NCBI RefSeq assembly: GCF_011386835.1
Contig: NC_088813.1
Span: forward strand, 12,028,001 to 12,092,000
Direction of reading: 5' to 3'
Source of the DNA: Chrysemys picta bellii
Lineage: Eukaryota
Length of the DNA stretch: 64,000 bases
Positions 34,595 through 47,689 of the stretch are shown here, piece after piece. A model generated the notes under the pieces. That model saw nothing but the letters and a program-made list of their open reading frames with translations, was not told the DNA's origin and did not search any database. Made by a program: the position numbers and the translations under genes. Position 1 is the stretch's first letter; the number at the start of each line of letters is the position of its first letter.

Positions 34595-35531
34595 TGTTAC
34601 CACACGTCCGTGGCACAACATTGTTTTATACCAGTCGAGGATCCGGTCAACAGCGACATTTCTAGGGCCCATATTTCTTCTTTCTCATTTGCTTTCCAGG
34701 TCAGAGGCATGGTGTTGATATGGTTCTGGCTGAGAGGTGCTGGTGACAGCATGGATCAGTGTACTAAAAGCCTGCCATTCAATGCCCTTTGTTTACTGAT
34801 AACTGAAACAATGGAAACCACCAAAGTCTGGACCAGCATGGAAACCTGGGCAGCACCTGGGCCATGTTGGCTTAAGGCTGATAATGGCTTAATGCTGGGG
34901 CTGGGTAATGTTTGTGGCAGCTGTGTGTGTGTGTGTGAGACAGAGGCAGAAGCACCAGAACAGATCGAGGGTATGTCTACACTGCAGCTGGGCGTGCAAT
35001 TCCCAGATCAAACAGACGTACGCACAGACGCTGGTCTCAAACTAGCCTGCTACAGAAAGCAGTGGGGCCACAGCAGCACGTGCTAGCCACCTGAGGACAC
35101 ACACAAGATCTTGGATGAGGTTGTGCTCAGGCAACTGTGCCAAGCTGCCGCAGCTACTCTACTATTTTTAGTTCACTAGCTTGAGCAGAGCTAGCACAGG
35201 TCCGTTGTCTCTCAACGCCAGCGTAAACAGACCCAGAGCAAGAAGCGGCTAAGAAAGCCGAGGATACAGCCAGAACAAGCATGGCCCTGAGAAAAACCTA
35301 GTGAGAGACAGAGCTTTTGGGTTAAGTGCTGGCTGGAAAGGGCTTGGAATTGTGAGCAAAGAAACTCTCTCCAGTTGTTTGGTTCCTCCTGTGTTCAGGG
35401 AAGCAGGACTTTGTACATTCTTTGTAATTAAAAAGGACTGCATCGAAGACACCTGACTCCATCATGAGTTTCTCCTCCTTACCCAAAGGACACTGAATTT
35501 TGGCCAGACACTCAGGTCAAAAGGGGTAACA
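34595..35531. mobile_element. Probable solo LTR (TG...CA) containing a Harbinger MITE
   Basis: Inverted termini tgttacc / ggtaaca; TSD not convincing. Confidence 0.45.
34969..35234. mobile_element. PIF/Harbinger-type MITE
   Basis: TIRs gggtatgtctacactg / cagcgtaaacagaccc. Relatives at about 35750-36014 and 51322-51582. Confidence 0.7.
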
Positions 35532-37427
35532 GTAACATCTGAAGCTGATTTTTCTAACCATCGCTGATACAAAGTCAACCTTGGATCTGAAACAGCAGAG
35601 ATCCTTCCAGCTCTTACCCTCCGTTGAACAGGATCTGCAGCCGGCTCGCCTGACAGTTCTGTGGATGATGTGTCAGGCAGAACAGAATGCAGCTCGCTCT
35701 CCCAGCTGTGTGGGGAGGGAGGGGGGAGGGATCAGAAGGGTTAACTAAAATCTTGTCTACACTGCAAATGCTTTGCCCATATTGCTACACCAGCAGAGAC
35801 CCCGAGTGTAGATGCAGCATATGCGGACAGAAGGAGCAACACTCCCTTCCCAAATGAAAGTAGCTATCCCAACGGAAGCACTCGTCTGTCAGCATAGTTG
35901 CACCTACGCTGGGGTTTTTGCCAGCATCAGTATTTTGGCTAGGGACTGTGTTTTTTCCACACCCTTGACCACTATAGCTATGCTGACAAAACTCTGCAAT
36001 GTACAGGTGGCCTCAGATACAAAACCACGGGCTTGGGCTAGGAGAGAAACAGATGTGTCATGCAGGCAGCAGGTGCCATTTTTAGGGTCACTTTTCTGCC
36101 TTTTGGCGCGCTTGGCTGCAATATCCCATCATGCCTTGCTGCGGCGGTTACGATGGGCTGTCTCCAGCCCTGCACCACCACCTCTGTAAATCTGGGTGCA
36201 GGAAAGAGACGAGCTTGATCCAAAACCCCAGATCCAAACACCCATGAACTTTGGATCCAGATCCACTCCAACTGCCACCCTCGAAGGCCCACACCCTCCT
36301 TGTTGCATTTGTCAAGCGAACGCTGAGCCCAGTGCAAACGGTCTCCTTTCTGTTTGGTAAAACAAACTTTCCTTTTACAAGCAGCTGCCTTTGTGTGGCC
36401 CTCAGACTAAAAGGGATCAGCTATTGAAACAAACACACGGGACGGAGGGCGTCTCTCCCAGTGTGTGCAGAGAGCTGTCCCGGCTGAGCAAAGCAGTGCC
36501 TGATTTTTGTGCAGTCTCTTTGTTTCCAAACCGTTTAGAGTCTGCCACCGAGGGACTCCCCTGCCCCATCCCATCAGTGACGGCTCCATCGTCCCCCTTT
36601 TATTTCCTGGTACTATCCCAATGGCCGGGAATAAACACCGGGGGCTATGCTGAGACAGGAAGATATGCCCAAAGGGGGCGAGATGTAATAAGCAGCCAAG
36701 TGGGGAAAAAACCCTGCGTTTATTTTCCCTTCTGTTGTGTTAGAGGTTTGTTTTGCATGCGTTTCTCCTCCCCGTTGTCTGCCTTTCTGTCCGCACCCTG
36801 GTAGCCCATTACAGCTGCTGCATAAATATGGGTCACGTCAGACGCTCATGGCTGTACAGTACATGGTGAGCGTACAGCCAGTGGTGAGCGTCCAAAGCTC
36901 CAGCACAGAGATCTGGGTCTAGCCGTCTGCCAGATTATTCCCCTTGGGGCTGCCATTCAGCCATGCTGTACCCCGGGGCCCGCACAGCCACAAGACTGGC
37001 CTTGGCTGGAGTAACCTTGTTCCTCCCATTCCAAGGTCCAGTGCTATAGCAACCTACGCCAACAAGGGGACTGGGAAGCGATCAGCATCCCGGCTTACAG
37101 ACCAGGCGGCATAAAGAGCATCGGTGAAGCACGCCTGCTTCTGGAGGCATGCTGGTTTCCCCCAGTCGTGAGCAAGGCCCAGCAAGCCGCGCTCCCTCAG
37201 AGCAGAACAGCACCCTCTGAAACGAGCGAAGAGCAGAGCTGCTGGAGACGAACCTCCGCTCTGATTCCATCCCTGCTTGTGAGCGTTTGGATAAAATAAT
37301 AATTAACAACTACATTGAGAGGCAAAGCTCCGATCCAGCCTTTCATCAAGCACGCAGCCACAAACACACCCAGACACACGTGCAATCCACAGACACACAC
37401 ACAGAAAGAGACAGACACTTACAACAG

Positions 37428-37540
37428 GTTACAAAGTAGCAGCCGTGTTAGTCTGTATCCGCAAAAAGAACAGGAGTACTTGTGGCACCTTAGAGACTAA
37501 CACATTTATTTCAGCATAAGCTTTCGTGGGCTACAGCTCA
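37428..37540 (-). mobile_element. Truncated Penelope-like terminal repeat (partial hammerhead)
   Basis: gttacaaagtagcagccgtgttagtctgtatccgcaaaaagaacaggagtacttgtggcacc... is near-identical to the reverse complement of 30410-30520. Confidence 0.85.
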
Positions 37541-39260
37541 ACGCATACAAACGAATGATGACAATTTATCCCTGTATTTTTACAGTTGCCAAGTATGCAC
37601 TTAGCACTGATGTGTCACTCTCTGACACAGAGAGTTTCCTTCCCCAGCACAATCCGCTTAGAGCATGTTTCCAACTGGGACAGTTTAGTGCAGCAATTAG
37701 AAATTCCCCGCTCTGCCTCCTAGCTCCCATGTGGACTCTCAGAGAAGACAACCTTTCCCTCTTGCCCCTGGGAATGGGCACCCCGGGCGCCGTGTGCGTG
37801 TGGAAGGGTAGCTGACCCCAGGGACGCGCCGGCCCAGACACAGCGCAGGTGTACGTGTGAGATCAGGCAGTGAAGAAAGGATGGGCAGGCGGAAAGGAAA
37901 GGGGCAGGTGGAAAACGTGTTGTGATCTCGAGTGAAGAAACGTGAACGGTGCCAGCGGGAGCTGAAGGCGCTCAGCACCTCTCAGGATGGGCCTTCAGTG
38001 GAGCAGGATCTAAGAAAGGAAAGGCCTGGCACACCCAGCATGCGGGAGGGAAGAGGGCAGGGCCCTGCTGCGGGGGCAGCCAAAAGGAATCAACAGGCTA
38101 GTGGGATGTGCTCCGGGTAAGCCCAGGCTCAGATTAGCCATAGCCCCGCTGACCCACCCACGCCTCCTTGCGCTTTAAAGTCACAACAGCTGATGGGCCT
38201 GATCCAAGTCTTTCCCCTGGGCAGTCCCTACCTGTCTAATATAGCAGGGCATCACATGCTCCCCGGCCCTGCTGGATGTTTGTAGCTCAGAATCATTTTG
38301 TGTTTTGCCCTTCTCCAGCCCATTCTCCCTCCACCCCCTAGGAGCTAGCTCATTATCACCGGTAGGGAAACTGAGCCATTGGAAAGTTTGTTAAGTGATT
38401 TTCCCAAGGTCACCCAACTAATCAGTGGCAGACCTGGGGCTAGAACCCAGGAGTCCTGATTCCTACTCCTACCAGACATTTCCTCCTTTTCTCGCATGAG
38501 AGGAGCTATATAGAGCGATTCCATAGCCTAGTGACAGAGCTGCGGGCACATCTTACTTGCTAACACTATTACTGAGGTCACCATACAAAGTACCAGCAGC
38601 AAGCCATCAAATTACCAACTACCTGATCCGAGTCAACACAACAAAACTACGCGTGTTCTTTAAATCCCTTTAGAAAAGATCTAATCTGAGTCCACCAAAC
38701 AAGCTCTCTGGTTCGTTAACATTTCTGCCAAATACCCGTGTCTCGTTTTATTTATTTACTTAATTATAACGTCTTACTATTTGATACTAAACACCACCTC
38801 ATCACATGCGCTAAGGACATTTTCTTGTATACAGTAATTGCTAGAAGATATTTCATAAATAATTCTATTTTAAAAAGAACCCTACAAATGCATAGAATTG
38901 AAGCTTCAATGAAATAAGACAGGACATTAAACCAAGGAAATAGCTCACAGTTAAGGAGCTTTCCAAAAGTGACCAGTGATTTTGAGTGCCTGTTTTTCAG
39001 GGCCCAAACTGATGTTTGTAAGAACCTGATTTTCAGAAGGGGATGAGCACTCATCCTTTGAAAATAAGATTCCTTTAAGATGCCTCTAATTGGACACCCA
39101 AGATCAGTAGGCACTTTTGAAAATCTGGGTTTGAACCTCTGCTGACTGTCTCTCTCTTATTCATATTCATTATAGACAGATAAATATACAACCCTGAAGG
39201 ATGGATTGAGAGACAGAGAGATCCTCATGTTAATATACACACACATTCAATATTAATGAT

Positions 39261-39690
39261 GAGGGGGCTGGAGCACATGACTTATGAGGAGAGGCTGAGG
39301 GAACTGGATTGTTTAGTCTGCAGAAGAGAAGAATGGGAGGGATTTGATAGCTGCTTTCAACTACCTGAAAGGGGGTTCCAAAGAGGATGGATCTAGACTG
39401 TTCTCAGTGGTGGCAGATGACAGAACAAGGAGTAATGGTCTCAAGTTGCAGTGGGGAAGGTTTAGGTTGGATATTAGGGGAAAAAATGTCACTAGGAGGG
39501 TGGTGAAGTACTGGAATGGGTTACCTAGGGGGGTGGGGGAATCTCCTTCCTTAGAGGTTTTTAAGGTCAGGCTTGACAAAGCCCTGGCTGGGATGATTTA
39601 GTTGGGGATTGGTCCTGCTTTGAGCAGGGGGTTGGACTAGATGACCTCCTGAGGTCCCTTCCAACCCTGATATTCAATGATTCTATGATT
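39261..39690 (+). mobile_element. CR1 LINE 3' fragment
   Basis: ORF 39344..39601 (AFNYLKGG...[28 protein letters not shown]...WNGLP) is the CR1 ORF2 C-terminus; tail attcaatgattctatgatt. Confidence 0.95.
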
Positions 39691-40329
39691 ACCAACTCCA
39701 AGCATTCAAAAATCGCAAGAATCCTCCCAAATCACAAGATTGGCTTAAAAATCAGGAGATTTAAAAAATATAGAGTTCTGAGTGGTTTTTATGGGCACTC
39801 TCATTTTGGAACATTTAGGCATCACATTCTCAAACTTATCTCTGCAACCAGGAGGGCTAGATGCTTACTTCTTTTTTAAATGAAAACTGAAATTCTCACA
39901 GATTCACCTGACTCCAGGAACTGGGACTTTAAGGGGGAAAAACCCCACCAAATATATTCTCACAATAATAATCATGAGAATTGGCATAAGTGGATTCACA
40001 ATCTTTCACACAAAAGTGAATGTTTTTGACAGCTCTTCAGATGACCTGAGTTTAATCCAGTAATTAATTAATTAATTATATTGTGATAGCTGACTGAGAT
40101 CAAGGCCCCATTCTGTTCTAACCAGGTTCCTATTCCACCCTCATCACCATAGCATTCAAGGGCTTTGAGTGACATGACCCGCTCCTGAAGTCAGGTGAAT
40201 TTGTGAGAATCTCAGCTTTCATTTTAAAGAAGTACAGTACTAAGAATAGCAAAGGCACAGAGAGGCTAAGTGACTTGTCCAGGGTCACACAGGAAGTCAG
40301 TGGCAGAGCTGGAACTTGAATCCAGGTGT

Positions 40330-40520
40330 GTCTGTATGTCTCTCTCTCTCTCTCACACACACACACTACAATTACCCATGTATCTTTCTTTTTCCTCCTT
40401 CCTCCCCTTCCTGTTTTTATTTCCTCTCTGGACGCCAGCTTTCCTCTCTTTCCTGTATTTCCCTTTCCTTCCTCCACCTTCAATTCTCTCCCCAACCCCT
40501 CTCTTTTTTCTCCTCATAAG
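40330..40520. repeat. CT-rich low-complexity polypyrimidine tract
   Basis: (CT)n and (CA)n followed by runs of ttcc / tttc. Confidence 0.75.
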
Positions 40521-42032
40521 TAAATTACACTTTGGCCTGGCTTGGGCTACCATCATCCCTTCCTGAATGGCCTTTTCCAGAAGCCCAACTGGTAGCTGGT
40601 AAGGTTTCCCAAAGTGGCCCGTACACGCTGGGACACAAGGATCTCCCGTGAGCAGGTCTCCCCCATGCTGGGAAAATCTTTCTTCATTTAATCAACGAAT
40701 GTCATGATATTTTTCAAATAATGTATCTGTTGAACGAATATGATTTATCCAGTTCTAGGTGTAACACAATTCAACCACCCGTTTCCTGGAGACAGGGCAT
40801 CATGGACGCCAAAGACAGAACAAGGACAACGAACAAGAGCTTGGCCACTAACAGTATGTCGACCAGTGTCATCTCATTGTTTCCTTGTGCTCTCCGCCTG
40901 TCTGTATCCCCCTGTACTGAGATTGTATAAGGGACTGTCTGTTTGCTCCGTGTTTGCAGTGGTGTCCTGATCCATAATTAGAACTCGTAGGCACGAGCAT
41001 GATACAAATAAATAACAATAATAATCATAAACAATGGAGCTTAACCTCTGAGCCCATTGAGAATCATGCATTTTTGGAGATGGGATTTAGTCTGAATTTG
41101 ATCACTAGCTAATTAAGTCAAATTGGGGAATATGTTTTTCAATTGTGTACCATGAGCATAATTGTCCTTGAGTGTTAAGTCTATGAGGACTTGGGGCTCT
41201 GATCCTGAATGAGCACCATGCAAAATCAACAGAACTTAAGCACGTGCTTAAGTGCTATGTTGAATCGGGTCCAAGCGCAGAATATACATTTTAGTGCTTT
41301 TTGGGTGATCGTTTTGATGATGATCAAAATTCCAAAGAGTGGCTCTCACAATACAGAACTGGATCCTCAGCTGGTGGAAAGAGTCTTAGCTCTGTTGACT
41401 ACGCTGGAGCTATGCTGATTTATGCCAGCTGGGAGCCTGATCCACAATATATAAAGAGAGATACTGTAGAAACGTCGATTGAACATTGCTCTGACTCTAG
41501 GGTTTACTCGGAATGGTTCTAGTTCCTTTACCGTGCATTGTGTTGCAGTTATTTGGGTTTTTAATTTACAAACCTCTCGCTACATAATTTTATAAAACCA
41601 AAACCCATGGTTTGCTTGAAAATATACGTTGCTGCCGGTACGGTTAGCCCTTCTCTGCTTTACAGCCAGGTTTTAATAAAGGGCTTTAACTTTTCATTCA
41701 CCAGGAGCATAACTCAAGTTTTAATAACACACCTTGTGCATGACAAAAATTTGCTTCTGGCGATCATGGTTTCGACCACAAAACCACAGCTGGGAGTAGC
41801 TCTTGGTTAACTCTTTCAAAACCACATGCTGCAGCGGTGCCGTGTTATACACCTGCTCAACAGAGACAGCTGGGTACGTTAAAATGTTCTTATTTATATC
41901 ATATGTGAAAAGGCTCATCTCCCTTGCAAACTGGCCCCTTTTCCAGCCCTTCTTTGTGCTGAAAATTGCTATGGAGGAAGAGGGGGTCCTTGTCATTTTG
42001 GGCCAGATCTTCAACTGGTGCATAGCTCCACT

Positions 42033-42255
42033 GGGAGTTTTTCACCTTCCTCTGCAGCATGGGGCACAGGTCACTAGTGTAACGGTGGATTCTCGGGAAC
42101 TTGACATCTTTAAATCATGATTTGAGGATGTCAGTAACTCAGCCAGAGGTGAGGGGTCCCTTACAGGAGTGGGTGGGTGAGGTTCTGTGGCCTGCGATGT
42201 GCAGGAGGTTAAGACTAGACGATCATGATGGTCCCTTATGGCCTTAGAGTCTATG
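42033..42255 (+). mobile_element. CR1 3' fragment (third tail type) inserted in a hairpin MITE
   Basis: Ends ...gactagacgatcatgatggtcccttatggccttagagtctatg; flanked by MITE halves 42000-42032 and 42256-42300. Confidence 0.65.
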
Positions 42256-42673
42256 AGTCAATACAGCTGCGCTGATTTACACCAGCTCAGGATGTGGCCC
42301 TTCCTCTCTGTGTCTTTGAAAAGTGTGTCACAGGCATGTGGTGATGGGGAGAGGATGCACACCGGAAAGGACCACGTGAAAGAGCTTGAGTCGTGCTAGC
42401 TGGACTCACCACTATCCTCTTCGGAACCAGGCTGCCACCCTCTAAGTGCTTGGTCCTGAGATGCCAAGAGCCCTCCTCTTTTACACCATGGATGAATGTG
42501 GCCCAGTGGGATTAACCCATCGTTAAGAAGTTCACCCTCTATAGCAAATCTTCCACAGGTTCCTCTCATTCAGTGACCCAAGCTTTCTCCTATCTCTGTG
42601 GCGAAGCCAGAAGCCAAAGGCTGCACTCGATGTCTGAGAATGTTTCATGGATGACTTTGATGTCACACTGTTC

Positions 42674-42797
42674 TAGGGTTACCAGACAGCAACAGGGGAA
42701 AAATAGAACAGGGGGTGGGGGGTAATAGGTGCCTATATAAGAAAAAGTCCCAAAAAACAGGACTGTCCCTTTAAAAACGGGACATCTGGTCACCCTA
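42674..42797. mobile_element. hAT-type MITE (TAGGGTGACCAGA termini)
   Basis: TIRs tagggttaccaga / tctggtcacccta; TSD cactgttc / cgctgttc (7/8). Confidence 0.85.
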
Positions 42798-44581
42798 CGC
42801 TGTTCCCATCTCCCTTATCTCCCCCTGCATGGCCCCAGGGGTATTTTCAGATCCAGGTACTCCAGGCCCATTGTCCTCTTAAACTGTTTCTCTCTGGAGT
42901 CTCCTGCAATTATTGGCTCCCCCTGCCCACATGCAGTGCACGACAGGGCATCAGCACACTGGGGCTTGAAATGTAGCTTCCAACTGCCTGAGCTCTTGAG
43001 CCAAACTTTGTGGTATCTGTGGGCTAATAAGTGAAGCTGAAGTCTCCCAAGGTCTGGAAAACTATTCACAAGCTTACGCAGTAGGAAAGTTTTCAGTTCA
43101 CATGGATTCAGTTAGCGGCCTGGGGCCTTTTACCTGATCTGCAGGCAACTAGACAAAGCAACAAACAAGAGCTGGAGACCAGATAGCAACCTCCGCATTT
43201 TTATCAATCACAAAGGAGATGCAGCTCTCACCAATTCCCTTTGTTTCATCTGAAGGACATGGGGAGGGGGGTTAACAGTCCGTTAGTAAGAGAGGGGTCA
43301 AGCAACCATGTAATTCGCTAGGTAACATAATCCCACTGCTCCATAATCAGTAGAAAAATCTAATAAATCTAATTCTGCGTGTGTGTGTGTGTACACGCAC
43401 ACACACAAAATATAGTATTTAGGGAACAAGCCATATGACATAGCTAAATAAAAATCAAAACAACTTTAAACTACCCAAAGAGTTCAAAAGGGGAAAAATT
43501 AAGACACTTTCTTTACTCAGGCCTGTAGCAATGTGTGTGTGTGTATATATATATATAATAATAATTAGCACTTCACATCTGCACTGTCCTTTACAAATTA
43601 ACAAATTAATTCCCAATACCTCTGGGAGGCAGGTCAATCTCTCTGTGTGTAAAATTATACACATTTTTTAAATGCACATTTCCAAAGCTCCATATATATC
43701 TTCTCTATATACATTACATTCTATATACACACACATGCGCACACATACAGAAATATATATATATATCCTCTTCGACTTCAGTTGGACTATCCATTTGATT
43801 AAGGGAAGCAGAATTTGGTCTCCTACTTATCCCATTCCCCTATATCGGTCCTATCTCTACCACATAATTTCATACCAATGGGCCCATTAATTATAAAACT
43901 CATCCTTTGCCTACAATGTCATGGTCCCTTGGCTGTTGGTCCGTGTGCTACCCAAAATGCATATTAACAATACAAAGTATTTTGAATCCCAAACATTTAG
44001 GAGTTCAAGTTTTGGAGGAATGGCTACTTGTCTATGAAAAACTGCATTACAATATACTTGTTTGAATACTCTTTTCCTCCCCAAAAATCAAAATAAATGG
44101 GTCCACATCCATGTCTAAGGCCTTGATAAAATCTATTTATTTAAAAGAACCCAGAAACTTTTCCAGGACTGATTATTGATTTATTTGGGGAACCTTCTAA
44201 TTAAAAAATACTCCATCAATTGTACCATAGGTTGGATTTTTTTTGTTTCAGGGCAAGGGAGAGGAATTTCTGAGGTGAATCCTTGTATGTCAAATTTCAG
44301 TCTAGGAGGAAAATTTAATATCACAATTTTAAAAAGAGGTTTGCTTTTTTTTTTTTTTTTTAATGGTTTAATGGAACTGATTCGTAACAAGCGCAGCACT
44401 GGGTTACTGTAGAATAGAAAGACAAAAGCCCCATTTCACTTTTTTAGCTTCATTTGTAAATAGCTAGATAGGCAGATTAAACCTGTGGAGTCTAAGTCAT
44501 TCACACCAGAAGTACTTAAATCCTGCCTCAGCTGAAATACTTAGGGGATTAGTTAAATTAAATAAAAAATGATCTACTTAC

Positions 44582-44598
44582 TCAAGTTCATTAGACAT
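44582..44598 (-). CDS. GRHL3: GRHL3 coding exon 1 (MSNEL-D, 17 nt, start codon)
   Basis: Minus strand reads ATG TCT AAT GAA CTT GA|GTAAG. This matches the MSNELD N-terminus of vertebrate GRHL3, and its phase 2 fits exon 2 (GA|T TTC). Confidence 0.9.
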
Positions 44599-44900
44599 GT
44601 TTCCCTGGGTTTCCAAATCTTTGCAGACAGCAAATTCTGATGACTTCTCTCCTCTAGTACCTGCTAACTACAGACATGGCCTGTGAAGTGAAGTGTTTGA
44701 TTTATGTTGAGGTTTTTGTGTACAGGTATTTTGCTGACAGGTAGGTTCCCCAGAGTTCAGCCACTGATTGGCTGATGAGACAGGTGCCATGGGACAGGTA
44801 CACCTTAAACAGGTGCAGCTGTTAACCCTTTGTGTGCTGAACCAAGTAGAAATGTGGAGGAGGAATCTACCTGTTTCTAAAGAGGAGGGGGGAAGGAAGG
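44599..44900 (-). promoter_or_regulatory. GRHL3 5' UTR and core promoter: CCAAT box (CAGCCAATCAG, 44764-44774), TATA-like CATAAAT (44700-44706), ACAGGTR cluster
   Basis: Repeat-free sequence directly upstream of the ATG, with an NF-Y consensus about 60 bp upstream of a TATA-like element. A TSS near 44670 is inferred. Confidence 0.65.
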
Positions 44901-45372
44901 AGGAAAAACCCTCCAGGGAAAAGGTATGACAAAAGTAGGAGTGGATTCATTTATTCATTTATGTGATAATTAGTTTCACACTCACGTTCAGTATCGGGAA
45001 TGCATTTCATACGCTGCAGAGCCAAACCGGAGCATCTGTCTTTCTCATGAAGCCAGAGCCTGATTTGCTCTTTGCTGTGTCTATTTAGAAGCACTCAGAT
45101 AACACACACATACACACACACACACATTAAATTAAGCTTCATATTTTCCTGTCAATTTTTGAAAGACACAATCATTTTACTTACACATTAACCCTGGGCT
45201 CCCCTTTCCTCGCCTCCTCTAGTCGTCCTTCCCATAAGGTCACTGGTGTTTTTTTCCTCTTCAATGAACCTCTTTTAAAAATGTTACTTTACTAGGTGTC
45301 AGCACCCCTCTACAGCACATGGCCTCCAACGTCAGAACACACCGGATCAAGGGATCTTTCCATTGGCTTTGC

Positions 45373-45418
45373 TGGGCCCGCTAGGGAACAAGAGTTGGGC
45401 CCGCTAGGGAACAAGAGT
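45373..45418. repeat. Perfect 23-bp tandem duplication
   Basis: tgggcccgctagggaacaagagt twice. Confidence 0.95.
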
Positions 45419-47689
45419 TCTGGAATAACCTTTCCACATACGGTTCATGCATTGCTGTCCTGTTTTCTGAACTAATAACGACAGCACTGCTCCAGCACAC
45501 ACACAGGAAGGCAAAGGGTAGCCCAGGCATAATGCCGCTTTACCACAGGGCTTCCCTGGCAATAGCTCTGTAGCAACTTGGTTGTAAATAGCCAAAAGGT
45601 TTATGCAATAAAAGAAAACTCATTGAGGATTTGAACGCTCCCATTCTCGCCGGATAGTTTCTGTCATCCGTGTTGCAAGGAGCAGGCAAAGGATGGGCTC
45701 AGTGTGTGACTCATGTTGGCTGGGCATGGAAGGCAGGCGAGGATTCCAGGGGACGTGTTGGTGCAAGCCTGAAAAAGAAAAAGAAAGAAGGAAAAAACGT
45801 TTCACGTCTCCCTTTCTCACTCCATCCTGCCTGTTTATCGGCCCGCATCAGCAGGTGAATAAAACAAGGGAGCAAGATTGGTTGCCATACCCCAGTGTGT
45901 GTGTGTGGGGATGGGGCTCAAGGTTCCCACTAGGTGCAGAGGACAATACCTGGTCTGACCCTTGCTCAACTTGGCCTTGGCTGTGCGGGGACTTTCAGGA
46001 CCCAGGCCTGTGCAAGCCATTATCTATTGTCTTCCATTCCATTGTAAAAGCTCCTACCGGCCTCAGACCTTGAATGTGAATGAAGGGGGGGGGGGCAGCC
46101 TAGTGAATGAAAGATGGGGGGAGCCTAGAGCGCCACCTGTAAGAGTAGGTTTGTGGGTTGATCAGTGCTGAGGTCCTGGGCGGTTTTCCTTCATCCAGAC
46201 CCGCTTAAAGCCAGCAATGGTGCAATTCACATGCCAAACCAGACCGGGGTGCGGTGGGGTTTCTCAGCTCACGGGAAGTCCCAAGAGCAGCACCAACTCA
46301 TCAGAGGATTTGTCGAGGTCTTTCTGGCTTGCTAGAGAGAAGGACCCATTAGGTGCTGGAGTTGAAGCAGCAGCAGTGGCAGTGAGAGAGAGAACAGACA
46401 CTGCTAAGGGAATTGGCTGGAGATCTGGCTGCAGATGGCAGCCTCTGACCAGAGCTTTCTGCCAAACGACTGGCCAGGTACAGAGAAGGAGTGCAGAGGA
46501 AGCTGGGAATGTGGAGTGGGGCCACTCGTTTGTCAGGGGAATGGGCTCCATGTAGGTTATACCCGCACACGGAGTCCAAGTCCGGGGTTGCTTGCTACCA
46601 CCCATTGTTTTATTGCCAGGGTGGCATGTAGCCATGAGGCATCGGCCACGACGAGGTAAAGGGTGTCTCTGCAGGAGGTGGCAATGATAGAAACACCGGT
46701 GTGGACCCAGGCCACCAAGTTCACCTGACTTACCGAGCTTGGAGTCAGGCTTGGAGTGTTGCCTGAGATGCTGGCGTGCAGAACGTGCCCTGGGAACCCT
46801 TTGCCTCTTGTTGTCTCTACTCCAGTTCTCTCAGGCTGTCACAGTTCACAGGAGGGGGCAGCGGAAGCTGAGGTAGCCAGTACTACTACTGGGGCTGTCA
46901 GACAGACTGACCGAGGTCCTGGCTCAGGCTGGTGGCCGGTAGCAGTGGTGCTACCCGCACTGAGCTGCTCCGCTGCACCAGGCATCCTGCTGAAAGACAG
47001 TCAAGTCCCCTCGTGAAACAGAGCAGAGCTGTGATCATCGCAACCCAATGCTCCAGCGAGCCCAAACCCTGGGGTCTCAAAGTGGCGGCTTCTTTGTCTC
47101 ATTTTTATTACTTTTGGCCTTTAGCGATCGCTTTTCCCGTAACTTTGTTGTAATTAAAATAGACCCTGACTTTTTCCAGCCTGTGGCCTAGGGCAGTGGG
47201 CTACAGAGAGGAGACCTCACCAGCTACAGAACACGCACACAGACCACTTCATCCGCACGTGCACTCACATACACATATCACACGCACATGCATGAATACA
47301 TACAGGCATGCAGACCTACCCATGTACACAGAGACACACACATACACAGTGTGCATGGCCACAGCTCAGGCTCTGGCAGGTACAACTGCTTGTGCAATTA
47401 AATCGGCACCTCTGCAAGCAGCACTGGGGCGTCCTCCTAGCCAACGCAGTATTTGCATCTAGGTGAAGGTCACAGAAAAAGCCAACACCTTTGTGCTGGC
47501 ATATCTGGTAGCTTGGGGTGCCCAGCAACCCCCACCTTTATGTGCAAATGCCAGTTTGTGCACGTGGTGAAAGCTGAACTTACAGGTGCTGCCGATGCAT
47601 TTGTAGAGGCCTGTTGAAAATGTGGCTCAGTGTGTTTGACTCTTCTTCCTTCACATCACAGATGTTCCTCATAATATGATGTTACTCTC

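Noticed and set aside
43073-43103. Candidate orthologue of the human alternative first exon (MWMNSILPIFL)
   Set aside because: A GTAAGC donor is present but the upstream ATG is followed immediately by TGA. I found no convincing match elsewhere in intron 1.
44580-44602. p53/p63-like element overlapping exon 1 (ACTCAAGTTC att AGACATGTTT)
   Set aside because: The first half-site has two mismatches, there is a 3-bp spacer, and coding and splice constraints explain the sequence.
46217-47153. Cluster of 60-120 aa ORFs on both strands upstream of GRHL3
   Set aside because: No domain similarity or consistent splice pattern that I can recognise; may be a decayed repeat.
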